A DNA stretch of 64,000 nucleotides, taken from a virus. The position numbers and the translations under genes are program-made. Below the pieces are notes generated by a model that made no database searches, had not been told where the DNA came from, and saw nothing but the letters and a program-made list of their open reading frames with translations. The stretch lies in IMG/VR virus record IMGVR_UViG_3300014911_000001, positions 64,001-128,000 of that record, one strand, 5' to 3'. Each line of letters starts with the position of its first letter. Position 1 is the stretch's first letter. Positions 1 through 8,449 of this stretch are shown here, one piece after another.

Positions 1-121
1 GGCTGATCGAGTTTCTGATGGCATTGTTGCTTGTCGAACGGAGCATGATGAAGAGTCTATTAGGACGCCTTTGAACACTGATACCACAATATGTCTTATC
101 GGTAATGCGGAAGGTAAACAC
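1..121 (-). CDS. hypothetical protein, truncated at window edge
   Basis: GTG start at 121 with AAGGAGGTG SD; frame open to position 1. Confidence 0.55.
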   Translation of the reverse strand, partial: MFTFRITDKTYCGISVQRRPNRLFIMLRSTSNNAIRNSIS

Positions 122-125
122 GGTA

Positions 126-326
126 TCACCTCCTTTTTGTTTGGTTTTTTACATCACCAAATTGACCTTTCAGATATAGTGGCAATGTTATCAGTCCAGC
201 AATGAAGCCGCCGCATTGAGCAGCCGTCACATTACCAGTTAGTGCTGCAATAAGGAACGATACAGGGAACGCGGCCATGAAGCCGACGGCTGCTCCCTTT
301 AATGATGCCTTTAATGTGTTTCTCAT
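126..326 (-). CDS. small membrane protein
   Basis: Two hydrophobic segments; ATG at 326 follows the upstream stop. Confidence 0.6.
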   Translation of the reverse strand: MRNTLKASLKGAAVGFMAAFPVSFLIAALTGNVTAAQCGGFIAGLITLPLYLKGQFGDVKNQTKRR

Positions 327-333
327 CTCTTTC

Positions 334-603
334 CTATTCCTCCTTTCCACTGTTGATGAAAGAGCGCACCTTCTCAACCAGCTTCTCCTTCACCTCCTCG
401 GCGCGCTCTGTAAGTTCCTTCCCCATCTTCCTCAGTTTCAGAAATCTGAAGAATCCAATTATTCCAACTGCTGCGAGGATGCTTCCCACTATTCCTCCTA
501 ATAACAAGGCGAGAATCGCGGTTACCCAGCATGCGAAATCGGGTTCGTCGCTGATTATGTATGGTGCGAAGTATGATGCGGCTGCTAGTATTATTCTGCT
601 CAT
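334..603 (-). CDS. small membrane protein
   Basis: GGAGG SD; hydrophobic N half, charged coiled C-terminus. Confidence 0.65.
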   Translation of the reverse strand: MSRIILAAASYFAPYIISDEPDFACWVTAILALLLGGIVGSILAAVGIIGFFRFLKLRKMGKELTERAEEVKEKLVEKVRSFINSGKEE

Positions 604-707
604 TCTTTACCTCCCTCTGTCGAAAACATTTTTGATAATATAACTCCTAATATAAACCCTATTATAAATGGTATGTAGTCAATTACTCCAAACATTGGTT
701 CAAACAT
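600..707 (-). CDS. 35-aa single-TM peptide (MFEPMFGVIDYIPFIIGFILGVILSK...)
   Basis: Not in the ORF track; AAGGAGG SD and ATGA overlap with the next gene. Confidence 0.55.
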   Translation of the reverse strand: MFEPMFGVIDYIPFIIGFILGVILSKMFSTEGGKE

Positions 708-850
708 TTTTTGACCTCCTTTCTCCATTTTCTTTCCTTCAGCATAAGTTTTACTGACCTTACCATGATGTATATGCCAGCAACAATTGCAGTAAGGCCA
801 GCAACTACCAGTGATGACCTTATGAATATTTCACTTAATGTTATAAACAT
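683..850 (-). CDS. small membrane protein
   Basis: Start re-called to MFITLSE after GGAGGAG SD; one TM helix and a basic tail. Confidence 0.6.
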   Translation of the reverse strand: MFITLSEIFIRSSLVVAGLTAIVAGIYIMVRSVKLMLKERKWRKEVKKCLNQCLE

Positions 851-975
851 TTCTCCTCCTTTGTTGACCCTCCTCCCCTCCTTGATATGGCGGGGCTTAT
901 GGTGGGACAAGGGGAGAGGCCTAATTGAGGGAAACACTTGGATCAAGGTGGGAGAGGGGAGGAGAGCCCTTTGAT

Positions 976-1383
976 TTAATCTTCGTATTGTGTGTACCAC
1001 TTGTTCTCTCTGGCGTTATACCATATGTAAATCTGTAAATCGCCGAAGTCTATATGTATGTATGGCATCCCGTCCGACCAGTGCCACCTGAAGGTCATCC
1101 AACCGATTGGTTCTGTTAGGATCTCCAATTTCGGTTCGTCCTTCTTTGGATTGAATGCCCATGCATATAGATCGAGTCTCTTCTTGTATGCGTACGGTGC
1201 ATCCGGGTGTCTGCATACTATGTAGACTGGAACAAGCTCCGCCTCGGGGCCTATGGGAGAGGATACAATGTTGCCATCTTCATCTATCGCGACGGGGAAT
1301 TCTACATGCGCCTTTGCTGTGTATCCCACAGGATACACAATGTGCGCATGATATTTGTTATTCATTCTAACTGATTTCCACAT
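976..1383 (-). CDS. hypothetical protein
   Basis: AAGGAGG SD, 135-aa ORF in the operon. Confidence 0.7.
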   Translation of the reverse strand: MWKSVRMNNKYHAHIVYPVGYTAKAHVEFPVAIDEDGNIVSSPIGPEAELVPVYIVCRHPDAPYAYKKRLDLYAWAFNPKKDEPKLEILTEPIGWMTFRWHWSDGMPYIHIDFGDLQIYIWYNARENKWYTQYED

Positions 1384-1401
1384 AATAACCTCCTTGTTAA
1401 T

Positions 1402-1749
1402 TTAGAATTTTATTATGATTACTTTCTTGCCTTTCTCTCTCATAACTCGTATCATATGCCGCGTCCCGGGGCTCTTTCCGTCCCAGAACGCGACAAGCAT
1501 GTCGGCTATCCGTGCCATTTTTTCATTCCTGCGATATCCTGCAGATTTCCCAAAGCGCTCCCAGTCCGCCGGATACACCTCCAACCTGAAGCCGCGCTCC
1601 CTCGCATACTTCTCGCCTAACCTGTCGGCTCCGCGAGCACCTCCTGATACTATGGTTATACCCGGGATGTTTCCAAGGATCTTGTCCAGCTCCTTCTTAA
1701 GCAGATTGTAATCGCTAAATGTCCTAGAGCCTGCGATTATTACCTTCAA
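1402..1749 (-). CDS. YspA/SLOG-family (DUF2493-like) protein
   Basis: VIIAGSRTF, VSGGARGAD, AGYRRN, FWDGKSPGT motifs. Confidence 0.9.
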   Translation of the reverse strand: MKVIIAGSRTFSDYNLLKKELDKILGNIPGITIVSGGARGADRLGEKYARERGFRLEVYPADWERFGKSAGYRRNEKMARIADMLVAFWDGKSPGTRHMIRVMREKGKKVIIIKF

Positions 1750-1762
1750 AATCCTGACCTCC

Positions 1763-2005
1763 TTATCTATTATAGTAGATTTTTATCTTTGCACTCCGTC
1801 CATATCTCCACCTCAATCTCCGCTTTAGCTCGTTTATATCCGCAGCAAAAATCTCATGGAGGCCGTCAGTTCTGACAAACCTCCATGATTTTATATTCCC
1901 CACGTAGGTTGGCTTTCCATTAGGGGCATATGTATGTAGTTTCTCCTTTGTCCTTACTGTTATAACATCAATGTCCTTCAGTAACGGGTAAAATTTCAAC
2001 GACAT
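1763..2005 (-). CDS. hypothetical protein
   Basis: AAGGAGGTG SD. Confidence 0.65.
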   Translation of the reverse strand: MSLKFYPLLKDIDVITVRTKEKLHTYAPNGKPTYVGNIKSWRFVRTDGLHEIFAADINELKRRLRWRYGRSAKIKIYYNR

Positions 2006-2030
2006 AAAACACCTCCTTTTTTAATGTGAA

Positions 2031-2081
2031 GCCCGCCATTAAATCGAAGCGCGCAACCCGGCGGGCTTAGGTCGCGCGCTT
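2031..2081 (-). ncRNA. H-type pseudoknot upstream of RBS
   Basis: S1 AAGCGCGCGACC/GGUUGCGCGCUU, loop UAAGCCCGCCG, S2 GCCCGCC/GGCGGGC. Confidence 0.75.
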
Positions 2082-2088
2082 ACTTTTT

Positions 2089-2760
2089 TTATTCCACTTT
2101 ATTGACCCAGTCGGCTTTGGCATACGGCTTGCCGTTTATATACCACCTCTTCTCGGACGTTATGAGCACGGTTTCATAGCGCTCAAGTAGGTAATCGTTA
2201 CGCTCCCTTACCACGACAGCTTTAGGCTCAGGGATGATGGCATCGGTACCATGTGGAGGTGTGGGAGGGAAAATTGAAACGAGCTGACGTGGAAGGATGA
2301 CAAGAGAAAGGTGTTTGCCTTTCTGTTTGATGCGACTCCTGATGGTCTTCTCGAGACCCTTCTCGACGATTACGTAGCCATACGAATCCGCAGCCTCCTG
2401 GGCGAGTGTGTTCGCCATTTTATTCCCTGTTCTGGCTGTGTGTTTTACAATAACCTCCTTATGCTGGTTATCAGCGTAGTACCTAGCCAGCTCATATAAT
2501 TCCATAAGCTCAGGCTTCTTAATATCATATTCTTGGTTAAACTGCTTCACCACTAACTGTGAGTCGCTGTGTATTGTGGTATCACCCTGGATGTACTGGC
2601 TAATGTATGTCGCAAGAACTAGTGCTGCCCATTCAGCCTCGTTGTTTGTTGCCTCCCCAATGGGTATTGATAGTGATATACCAACCTCCGGAATATATAT
2701 CCCAATCCCAGCGGGACCGGGATTGCCTTTTGATGAGCCATCAATGTAAATGTTAGTCAT
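2089..2760 (-). CDS. rnhA: ribonuclease HI-like protein with C-terminal extension
   Basis: [40 protein letters not shown] motifs. Confidence 0.9.
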   Translation of the reverse strand: MTNIYIDGSSKGNPGPAGIGIYIPEVGISLSIPIGEATNNEAEWAALVLATYISQYIQGDTTIHSDSQLVVKQFNQEYDIKKPELMELYELARYYADNQHKEVIVKHTARTGNKMANTLAQEAADSYGYVIVEKGLEKTIRSRIKQKGKHLSLVILPRQLVSIFPPTPPHGTDAIIPEPKAVVVRERNDYLLERYETVLITSEKRWYINGKPYAKADWVNKVE

Positions 2761-2774
2761 AATACCTCCTTTAT

Positions 2775-3197
2775 TTATGGTTTAACTTTTCGTAAGCCGA
2801 GGCAACCTATCGGTCGTATGCTTCCACTGCTGGTCTTTTCATATACAGGATGAGCAATCGTGTATAACTTGTCTACGTTAGGTAGGTTGAGAGCAACTGC
2901 TGCAGAAGCATATTGATTACTAACAATTATTATATCAGCATCATCAGGGATGGGATCAATATCCTGTATCCTCTGTGTTATAACTGGGATCATAACCTCA
3001 CCGTTCACTGGACATTCGTAAAGGATGCTCGGAAGGAATTCGGTTTCATGGTGGACATTCAGAAGGATTCCGGAGGGTGGAATTATGGTAACTAGCTTGG
3101 TTTTTTCAGGCTCTATGAAGTATTTCCTGTGCTCACTTATGTAAACGGCGTCCTCAAAAATACATATCTCGTGAGGAGTGCAGTTTAAGATTTTCAT
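2775..3197 (-). CDS. conserved phage hypothetical protein (NxTPH type)
   Basis: ILNCTPHEI start and IIVS..IGCLGL end; SD present. Confidence 0.7.
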   Translation of the reverse strand: MKILNCTPHEICIFEDAVYISEHRKYFIEPEKTKLVTIIPPSGILLNVHHETEFLPSILYECPVNGEVMIPVITQRIQDIDPIPDDADIIIVSNQYASAAVALNLPNVDKLYTIAHPVYEKTSSGSIRPIGCLGLRKVKP

Positions 3198-3219
3198 TAC
3201 ATACCTCCTTTTATTAGGC

Positions 3220-3279
3220 GGGCCTCATTACACCACCATGCAGAGCAGCAGGGCGAGGCCCTTAACCCTGAAGCTCTGC
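3220..3279 (-). ncRNA. H-type pseudoknot upstream of RBS
   Basis: S1 GCAGAGC..CAGGGU/GCCCUG..GCUCUGC, loop UAAGGGCCUC, S2 GGGCCUC/GAGGCCC. Confidence 0.7.
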
Positions 3280-3294
3280 GAAGAAAGAGAGCTA

Positions 3295-3627
3295 TTAGGA
3301 CAAGCGTTCTGCTTCCTGTCTAATCCGAACGGCATCCCTTACTACCTCTAACAGCGAAGGCGGTATAACCCTATTGTTCGAGGTTTTCCCAGTGCGCAAA
3401 TCAACTGCGACAGCACAATCATGCTCGTAAAAGTATACTATATCCCCATCCGGGAAGAATGTTCCATTAGCAGTAGCAACATTATAAATCAGATCGTTGG
3501 TGTATTCGCCGGGATCGCGATATGGTGTATAATGATCCTGAGCGTCCGGTGTTTCACAACCGGTAGTGCTTCTCACACATACATCACACCTGCCACTTCT
3601 ACACAGACGGCACTTATCAAATAACAT
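3295..3627 (-). CDS. hypothetical protein with N-terminal Cys cluster
   Basis: CxxC-x4-CxxC; SD present. Confidence 0.65.
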   Translation of the reverse strand: MLFDKCRLCRSGRCDVCVRSTTGCETPDAQDHYTPYRDPGEYTNDLIYNVATANGTFFPDGDIVYFYEHDCAVAVDLRTGKTSNNRVIPPSLLEVVRDAVRIRQEAERLS

Positions 3628-3654
3628 GATAACCTCCTTATTTTAATGTTTTAT

Positions 3655-3706
3655 GCCCGCCATTAACCAAGCCAGCAAGGACCGGCGGGCTTAGCCCTCA
3701 CTGACT
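3655..3706 (-). ncRNA. H-type pseudoknot upstream of RBS
   Basis: S1 AGUCAGUGAGGGC/GUCCUUGCUGGCU with G-U pairs that fix the strand, loop UAAGCCCGCCG, S2 GCCCGCC/GGCGGGC. Confidence 0.75.
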
Positions 3707-3726
3707 ATTAATTTCCAACTAATTGA

Positions 3727-4095
3727 CTACACAAGTGACGGGCCGAGGGCATCCTCTATTTTGGGACGCCCATACTCAACCTTCCACCCATTTTTAGGCG
3801 GAAGGTTGCGGACCCACCAGTCATACCACTGGCGGTCCATCACCTTTATAAGTTTGGATCGCTTGAAAAACACAGCGATCCACTTCCTTCTTCCCCCAGA
3901 ACGAGGGGAGAAAAACCATATAATCTCATTGGGTCGCACCTTGCCTGTTTTAACAAGATGCGACCACTGCGACCCAGTATTCACATTCTGGGCCGCTAAA
4001 ATAAACTCGTAATGGTTGCGCCACCTTTCGATGGCGCTCTCCCCGGATAACAACTTGGGGAGGTTGATTCTCAAGAAGTTAGTTAATGATAACAT
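3727..4095 (-). CDS. hypothetical basic, Trp-rich protein
   Basis: Start re-called to MLSLTN after GAGGAGGTG SD. Confidence 0.7.
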   Translation of the reverse strand: MLSLTNFLRINLPKLLSGESAIERWRNHYEFILAAQNVNTGSQWSHLVKTGKVRPNEIIWFFSPRSGGRRKWIAVFFKRSKLIKVMDRQWYDWWVRNLPPKNGWKVEYGRPKIEDALGPSLV

Positions 4096-4119
4096 AATAC
4101 ACCTCCTCTTTTGGAGGTT

Positions 4120-4177
4120 GCCTGCCACTTTTACCCACAGATAAGGCGAGGCCGGCAGGCTTAACCCCGCCTTATCT
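4120..4177 (-). ncRNA. H-type pseudoknot upstream of RBS
   Basis: S1 AGAUAAGGCGGGGU/GCCUCGCCUUAUCU, loop UAAGCCUGCCG, S2 GCCUGCC/GGCAGGC. Confidence 0.75.
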
Positions 4178-4285
4178 TACTACTCCAGCTCATTGACTCC
4201 ATCACGAGCCAACAAGCCGGCCAAACCCTCCGTCACCCTCGCGGCACCGCTCCTCGCAGGCCGCACACAGGGGAGGAGGGCTTGG

Positions 4286-4353
4286 GGAGGCCTCTTAGAC
4301 CCTCTGTCGAGGGAGCTCCAGCGCCACGCCAAGGCGGGCCTCCAGTGCTGGAG
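4286..4353 (-). ncRNA. HDV-like ribozyme fold, copy D
   Basis: P1 CUCCAGC/GCUGGAG, P2 GGAGGCC/GGCCUCC, P3 GCC/GGC, L3 UUGGCGU, P4 CCCUC/GAGGG, J4/2 UCUAAG. Confidence 0.8.
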
Positions 4354-4403
4354 TAGCCCCCGGCACGGGGGCTTCATTCTTTTTTCTCTCCACCTCCTTT
4401 CTA

Positions 4404-4440
4404 GCGGGATGAGCTAGCCCGGCCACCTAGCCCATCCCGC
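4404..4440 (-). ncRNA. 14-bp hairpin 3' of the RNAP gene; loop complementary to a 5'-UTR bulge
   Basis: GCGGGAUGGGCUAG/CUAGCUCAUCCCGC with loop GUGGCCGGG. Confidence 0.7.
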
Positions 4441-4457
4441 GGTTTAAGGTTTAACCT

Positions 4458-6857
4458 TTAATCGAGCTTCCAGAAGTTGAGCCAAAATTCGCGATCGGCA
4501 TTAGCAAGAGGATGAAGACCAGCAGGAGTTGTAATCCTAAGAAGCCGCGCGATTTCCCAGTTTCGCTTCCGACCAGTATGAAGTTCCACAAGAAATCTCA
4601 CATGAGATTCAAGTTCAGATTCGGTACCAGCAACAATTGCAAGGAAGTCGTTCTCAGCAACGGTAAGAGATTTCCAAGTGGTAAGAATTGCCTGAGGTTC
4701 AAACGCAGCAAGAAGTTTACGGAATCGCCGGTTGAGTCTCCGGAAGTTCCTAGTAAGAAGTATACGTAGCTCAGCAATCCTGCTGTTGAGGAAGCGCCTA
4801 CGCCGATCCAGTTCCCGTCTCCTATTTTTGAGGGTAGCCAGAGCATCGGATAGGGTATTAAGCCTAGGTAGCAGCCACTTTTCCATTTTCTGCCTCAGAA
4901 CTTCGTTTCTGATCCCAGATACTAGGAACCTGACTTTAGTTTCAGGTTTCGCATTAGCGAAGAGTCTCCGGCTCCGATTAACTACCGTATCAACCGCCGT
5001 CACTTTCTCCGCAAGAGCATTCACTTCATTTTCTATCTTCCGTATCCGAGAGAGCATCCGTCCAAACATGCGCCTCCTTATGCGATCCCACTTGAGGAAC
5101 AATGCCTTAACTTCTGGATCAATGGTGCCATCAGGAATAAGATCCTTAAGAGACCTAACTTCTGGCTCAGCAAACTTAACTTCAGGAATAAATTCAGCAA
5201 GAGGACCTGTCGGAGTTATGGCTGCTGGATCAGCTTTCGCGGTTCGGTTAGTGATCATTTGAGTAATAGTATCAAGCCTGGCAGTCGTACTCGCGAGTAG
5301 ATGCAGTCCCGCTTCTACCTCATGACGAAGCTCCGGTTCTTTACCATTAGCAAGATTCACCGCAGCTTGGAATAGCGCTCCAGCTTTCGCAATAAGATCC
5401 ACATTAATCTCAGTATCAGAAAGAAGCATCCTAGTGAAGCCAGCATCTGCCCGTGCGATCATCTCCTTCCCTAGCTCAATATTTTCCACTTCAGTACTAG
5501 GATCCATTCTCCACTTCCCGAAAGAGATTTCTTTTATCTTGCTTCGTATGCTATCGAAGAATTCCTTAGCAACAAGAGGCTCCTTGAAGACCTTGGATGC
5601 CGCGGCGAGAGCCACTTTGTCGCCATCGGCATCCCATCCGCTAGGCATATCTGCAGGGTGTACCAGAATCGCATGCGCACGATGGTCAACAATAATAGGA
5701 AGGATAAGAGTATCACCAGGCAAGATGGGCGACTTCTGTATGAGTAGGAGTTCTCCATCTTTCAGACCAAGCATACGTGCAATCACAGGAGGAATAACAG
5801 CAGTGCCGGGATGTGCATTCTGAAATCCCAGATAGAAGCCCGGGCCTAGTCTCAACTTCCGAAGTGCGATCTTTAAGTGGTCCAGAAGCACTCTCCGCAG
5901 GAAGCCTGCCTCCTTTATGAGGCCGAATTTCCGCAGAATATCAGCAGTCAGAGTCAGCACTGCACTAGGTTCATTGATCGGATCAGCGTTTTTAACAAGG
6001 ATATCAGCCGCTACCTCAGGATCAGAAAAACCATTAATAGCTTCAGCAATCTGCTCCTGAATCCGTTCAACAAACTCAGGCGCTGGATTAACATTCCATC
6101 CGAGTTTCCTTGGCAGAAGGAACCAGCGCGGCAGAGCTTGGCTGAGACTGATGCCACCCGCGAATACGGCACCAACCTCATGCAGCATGATGGTTCGCCC
6201 GAGTTCGAGTACGAAGCGCCGCCTCTTGATGAGTTTTGCGGTGTCAGCATCAGCGACGATATCAGTCCCTGTCTCTATCTCAGTAAGAACTTTATCAGCA
6301 AGAACCTCATCTCCCAGATACAACATCAGCCTCTGGAACCCGACTCTGCCGGGAAGAACTGGTACCGCTATCCCTTTCAGTCCAATAGCTGTAATCTTAA
6401 AACCACGTTTAATAAGAGCACGAGTTACCGCAGGGATATCAGCTTCTGTAGGAGCATGAGCACGCGCAACCAGCTCTGTAAACCTCTCGGACACGAAGAA
6501 AATTCCGTCTACACCCATTTTAGCATCGAGCTTGAGGCCGCGAACATCCACATTAGCCACTCGCTCAGGTTTAAAGTGCCAGCCCTTATTTGGGATCTCC
6601 GGAGTTGTCATCATCTGAATTCGCTTACCAGGAAGAGTTCTCAGATCAAATCCGTGATCGCCGAGGATATCTGCAATCACCTTATTAACCTTATCAATAG
6701 CAGAAGCAGGAACTACTCTAAAGACCCGACAATCAGGAACCATGGTTGGTTTCATTGGAAGATCAGAGTTCAGATCAGGATCAAATGCGAAGAAGACACT
6801 AGCACCAGCTTCAGCGAATAGAATAGCAAGAGGAGACTTCGGTATTCTTTCCATCAT
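4458..6857 (-). CDS. single-chain double-psi-beta-barrel RNA polymerase (YonO/cRdRP-like), ~799 aa
   Basis: Ordered motifs GVDGIFFVS (DG), GLKG (KG), IQKSP ([RK]xP) and catalytic GWDADGDK (DxDGD); start re-called to 6857 after AAAGGAGGTG. Confidence 0.75.
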   Translation of the reverse strand: MMERIPKSPLAILFAEAGASVFFAFDPDLNSDLPMKPTMVPDCRVFRVVPASAIDKVNKVIADILGDHGFDLRTLPGKRIQMMTTPEIPNKGWHFKPERVANVDVRGLKLDAKMGVDGIFFVSERFTELVARAHAPTEADIPAVTRALIKRGFKITAIGLKGIAVPVLPGRVGFQRLMLYLGDEVLADKVLTEIETGTDIVADADTAKLIKRRRFVLELGRTIMLHEVGAVFAGGISLSQALPRWFLLPRKLGWNVNPAPEFVERIQEQIAEAINGFSDPEVAADILVKNADPINEPSAVLTLTADILRKFGLIKEAGFLRRVLLDHLKIALRKLRLGPGFYLGFQNAHPGTAVIPPVIARMLGLKDGELLLIQKSPILPGDTLILPIIVDHRAHAILVHPADMPSGWDADGDKVALAAASKVFKEPLVAKEFFDSIRSKIKEISFGKWRMDPSTEVENIELGKEMIARADAGFTRMLLSDTEINVDLIAKAGALFQAAVNLANGKEPELRHEVEAGLHLLASTTARLDTITQMITNRTAKADPAAITPTGPLAEFIPEVKFAEPEVRSLKDLIPDGTIDPEVKALFLKWDRIRRRMFGRMLSRIRKIENEVNALAEKVTAVDTVVNRSRRLFANAKPETKVRFLVSGIRNEVLRQKMEKWLLPRLNTLSDALATLKNRRRELDRRRRFLNSRIAELRILLTRNFRRLNRRFRKLLAAFEPQAILTTWKSLTVAENDFLAIVAGTESELESHVRFLVELHTGRKRNWEIARLLRITTPAGLHPLANADREFWLNFWKLD

Positions 6858-6871
6858 ATCACCTCCTTTCC

Positions 6872-6998
6872 GCCGCGGATTTCGTTGCCCTCGGTGCGGC
6901 ACTCCGAGGGTCGCCGGGCTTCGAGCGTCATTGGTGCCAAGGCTGGCCATAGAATGAAGCCCGGAAATTCCATGGCCATGGCCGGGCGCCTCAGCACC
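6872..6998 (-). ncRNA. two tandem pseudoknots in the RNAP 5' leader
   Basis: PK-a: GGUGCUGAGGC/GCCUUGGCACC plus UGGCCAUGGAAU/AUUCUAUGGCCA, loop CCGGGCUUC pairs GAAGCCCGG. PK-b: CCCUCGG/CCGAGGG, loop GCCGC pairs GCGGC just before the SD. Confidence 0.7.
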
Positions 6999-7042
6999 TC
7001 TGCCCTCTTTTTATCCATTCTTTCTTACCTCCTTTATAAATA

Positions 7043-7121
7043 GAGGGACTCTTAGGCCCTTAGGCTATTGACCTAAGGGAGCCCCGGCGCCACGACAAGG
7101 CGGTCCCTCAAAAAGCCGGGG
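7043..7121 (-). ncRNA. HDV-like ribozyme fold, copy C
   Basis: P1 CCCCGGC/GCCGGGG, P2 GAGGGAC/GUCCCUC, P3 GCC/GGC, L3 UUGUCGU, P4 CCCUUAGG/CCUAAGGG, J4/2 CCUAAG; begins directly after the upstream UAA stop. Confidence 0.8.
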
Positions 7122-7589
7122 TTAACTCAATTTGACATCATTATTATCCTTCTCTTTCTTTATCCACTCTATCAATTCATCCACTAGGCGCTCCACATTA
7201 TAATCATCAATAATAAGAAGCGCCCTCCTGACCTTGTAGCCGAGCACCTCATGCGCTTTTAGCACATGCCTCGGCATCCAAGGCCAGGTCTCATTGTATC
7301 CCCCATTATATTTGATTTGGAGAAGGATTACCTCCTTCTTATGGGGGATACCAATGCTGACGTCGATTTTAAATACGACGTCAGCTTTACTCCCGATAGG
7401 ATAGTCTATTAATTTCCATCCCGCCGGAAGCTTGGAGGATAGTTCTTCAATGAATCTATCCTCCGCTTCGAAGCCAGCTCTATGCGCCTCATGTGCGATA
7501 GAGCTAACCTCGAAATCCGGGCGGATTATTTCATGACATTCCGCCCAGAATTTTCGCGCTATAGTGCGGGCATGCGTTTCCATATCCAT
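7122..7589 (-). CDS. hypothetical protein, possible PD-(D/E)xK nuclease fold
   Basis: G.EAE...D...KID...LLQIK pattern; SD present. Confidence 0.5.
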   Translation of the reverse strand: MDMETHARTIARKFWAECHEIIRPDFEVSSIAHEAHRAGFEAEDRFIEELSSKLPAGWKLIDYPIGSKADVVFKIDVSIGIPHKKEVILLQIKYNGGYNETWPWMPRHVLKAHEVLGYKVRRALLIIDDYNVERLVDELIEWIKKEKDNNDVKLS

Positions 7590-7601
7590 GGTTGCCTCCT
7601 T

Positions 7602-8177
7602 TTACTCGACAAGAACATGATATATTCCATTTATTTTCTTTACTTTCCTTACTCTAAATAAACATTTATCCACAATTACTTCCTCTTCTTCACAATAAGG
7701 TTGCAAATTCAACAATCTCCCCTCTGCTTTAGTCATAAATACAACAGGAACTACATCAGGAAAATTATATCCTTCCCACAAATCCGGGTCATCAAACTCG
7801 TTATCATAACTTCTCTTTTTTCAAATTGCGAAGCGCTTTGCAACTGCATAACGCCTCGTCCAACTCATATTGATAGATATTTTCCTCCCTATCTGAGGGA
7901 TAGCATATACAACATCCCCTCTGAATAATAGTGATCTTACCTTAGGACACCCTAATAACGATATTTTTAAGGCGAGCTTAGAAATATAGATACCTCTCCC
8001 CTTCCACATTCTCAGCAAAGCGATCCTATTGTCTTTTGAAAATATCCCGCACAAAATTCTCAGCTTTTTCAATAACAGCTTGTATTTCATTTGGAGATGG
8101 TTCAGCTTTATTTCCCAACTCCTGTAAAAAACATTCCTTTTAGGATCTTTAATGAATAACGAAATGACCCACCACAT
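7602..8177 (-). pseudogene. ~191-codon ORF interrupted by one in-frame TGA at 7821-7823
   Basis: The frame continues KKRSYDNEFDDPDLWEG...HVLVE to TAA at 7602, next to the following SD. Confidence 0.6.
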
Positions 8178-8193
8178 TGTTACACCTCCTTTT

Positions 8194-8299
8194 GCCCGTA
8201 TTAGTTTACCAAGGGCACCATCTGACCTGCGGGCATTGATCAGACGGTGCCTATGTTACAAAACGGGCACCGTATAGTCATGGTAACAATACGGTGCCC
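8194..8299 (-). ncRNA. two tandem H-type pseudoknots upstream of RBS
   Basis: GGGCACCGUAU/AUACGGUGCCC with loop UGUUAC pairing GUAACA; GGCACCGUCUGA/UCAGAUGGUGCC with loop GCCCG pairing CGGGC. Confidence 0.7.
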
Positions 8300-8318
8300 T
8301 CACAACATCCCCTTTTAT

Positions 8319-8396
8319 TAGGGTGCTCTTAGACCCTTAGGGATTGGACCTAAGGGAGCCCCTCCACCACGTCAAGGTGGCACCCTATCGGAGGGG
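8319..8396 (-). ncRNA. HDV-like ribozyme fold, copy B
   Basis: P1 CCCCUCC/GGAGGGG, P2 UAGGGUGC/GCACCCUA, P3 ACC/GGU, L3 UUGACGU, P4 CCCUUAGG/CCUAAGGG, J4/2 UCUAAG. Confidence 0.8.
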
Positions 8397-8449
8397 TAGC
8401 AAGGCCATCATGTGAGGCCTTGCTTTGGCTTGGGCGGCACCTCATCATC

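Noticed and set aside
5877-6821. 314-aa plus-strand ORF antisense to the RNAP gene
   Set aside because: No SD or recognisable motifs; most likely a shadow of the RNAP codon usage. It would matter only if antisense RNA were found.
6858-6950. ORF-track N-terminal extensions of the RNAP gene (also of 8450..8836, 3727..4128 and 683..1000)
   Set aside because: Strong SDs lie at downstream starts, and the extensions run through structured non-coding RNA.
7821-7823. Alternative genetic code with TGA reassigned
   Set aside because: Many genes end in TGA with ATGA coupling, and long genes read through cleanly in code 11.
8360-8385. TTGACGTGG resembling the glmS ribozyme core
   Set aside because: The AGCGCC cleavage strand and glmS topology are absent, while the HDV geometry explains all four copies.
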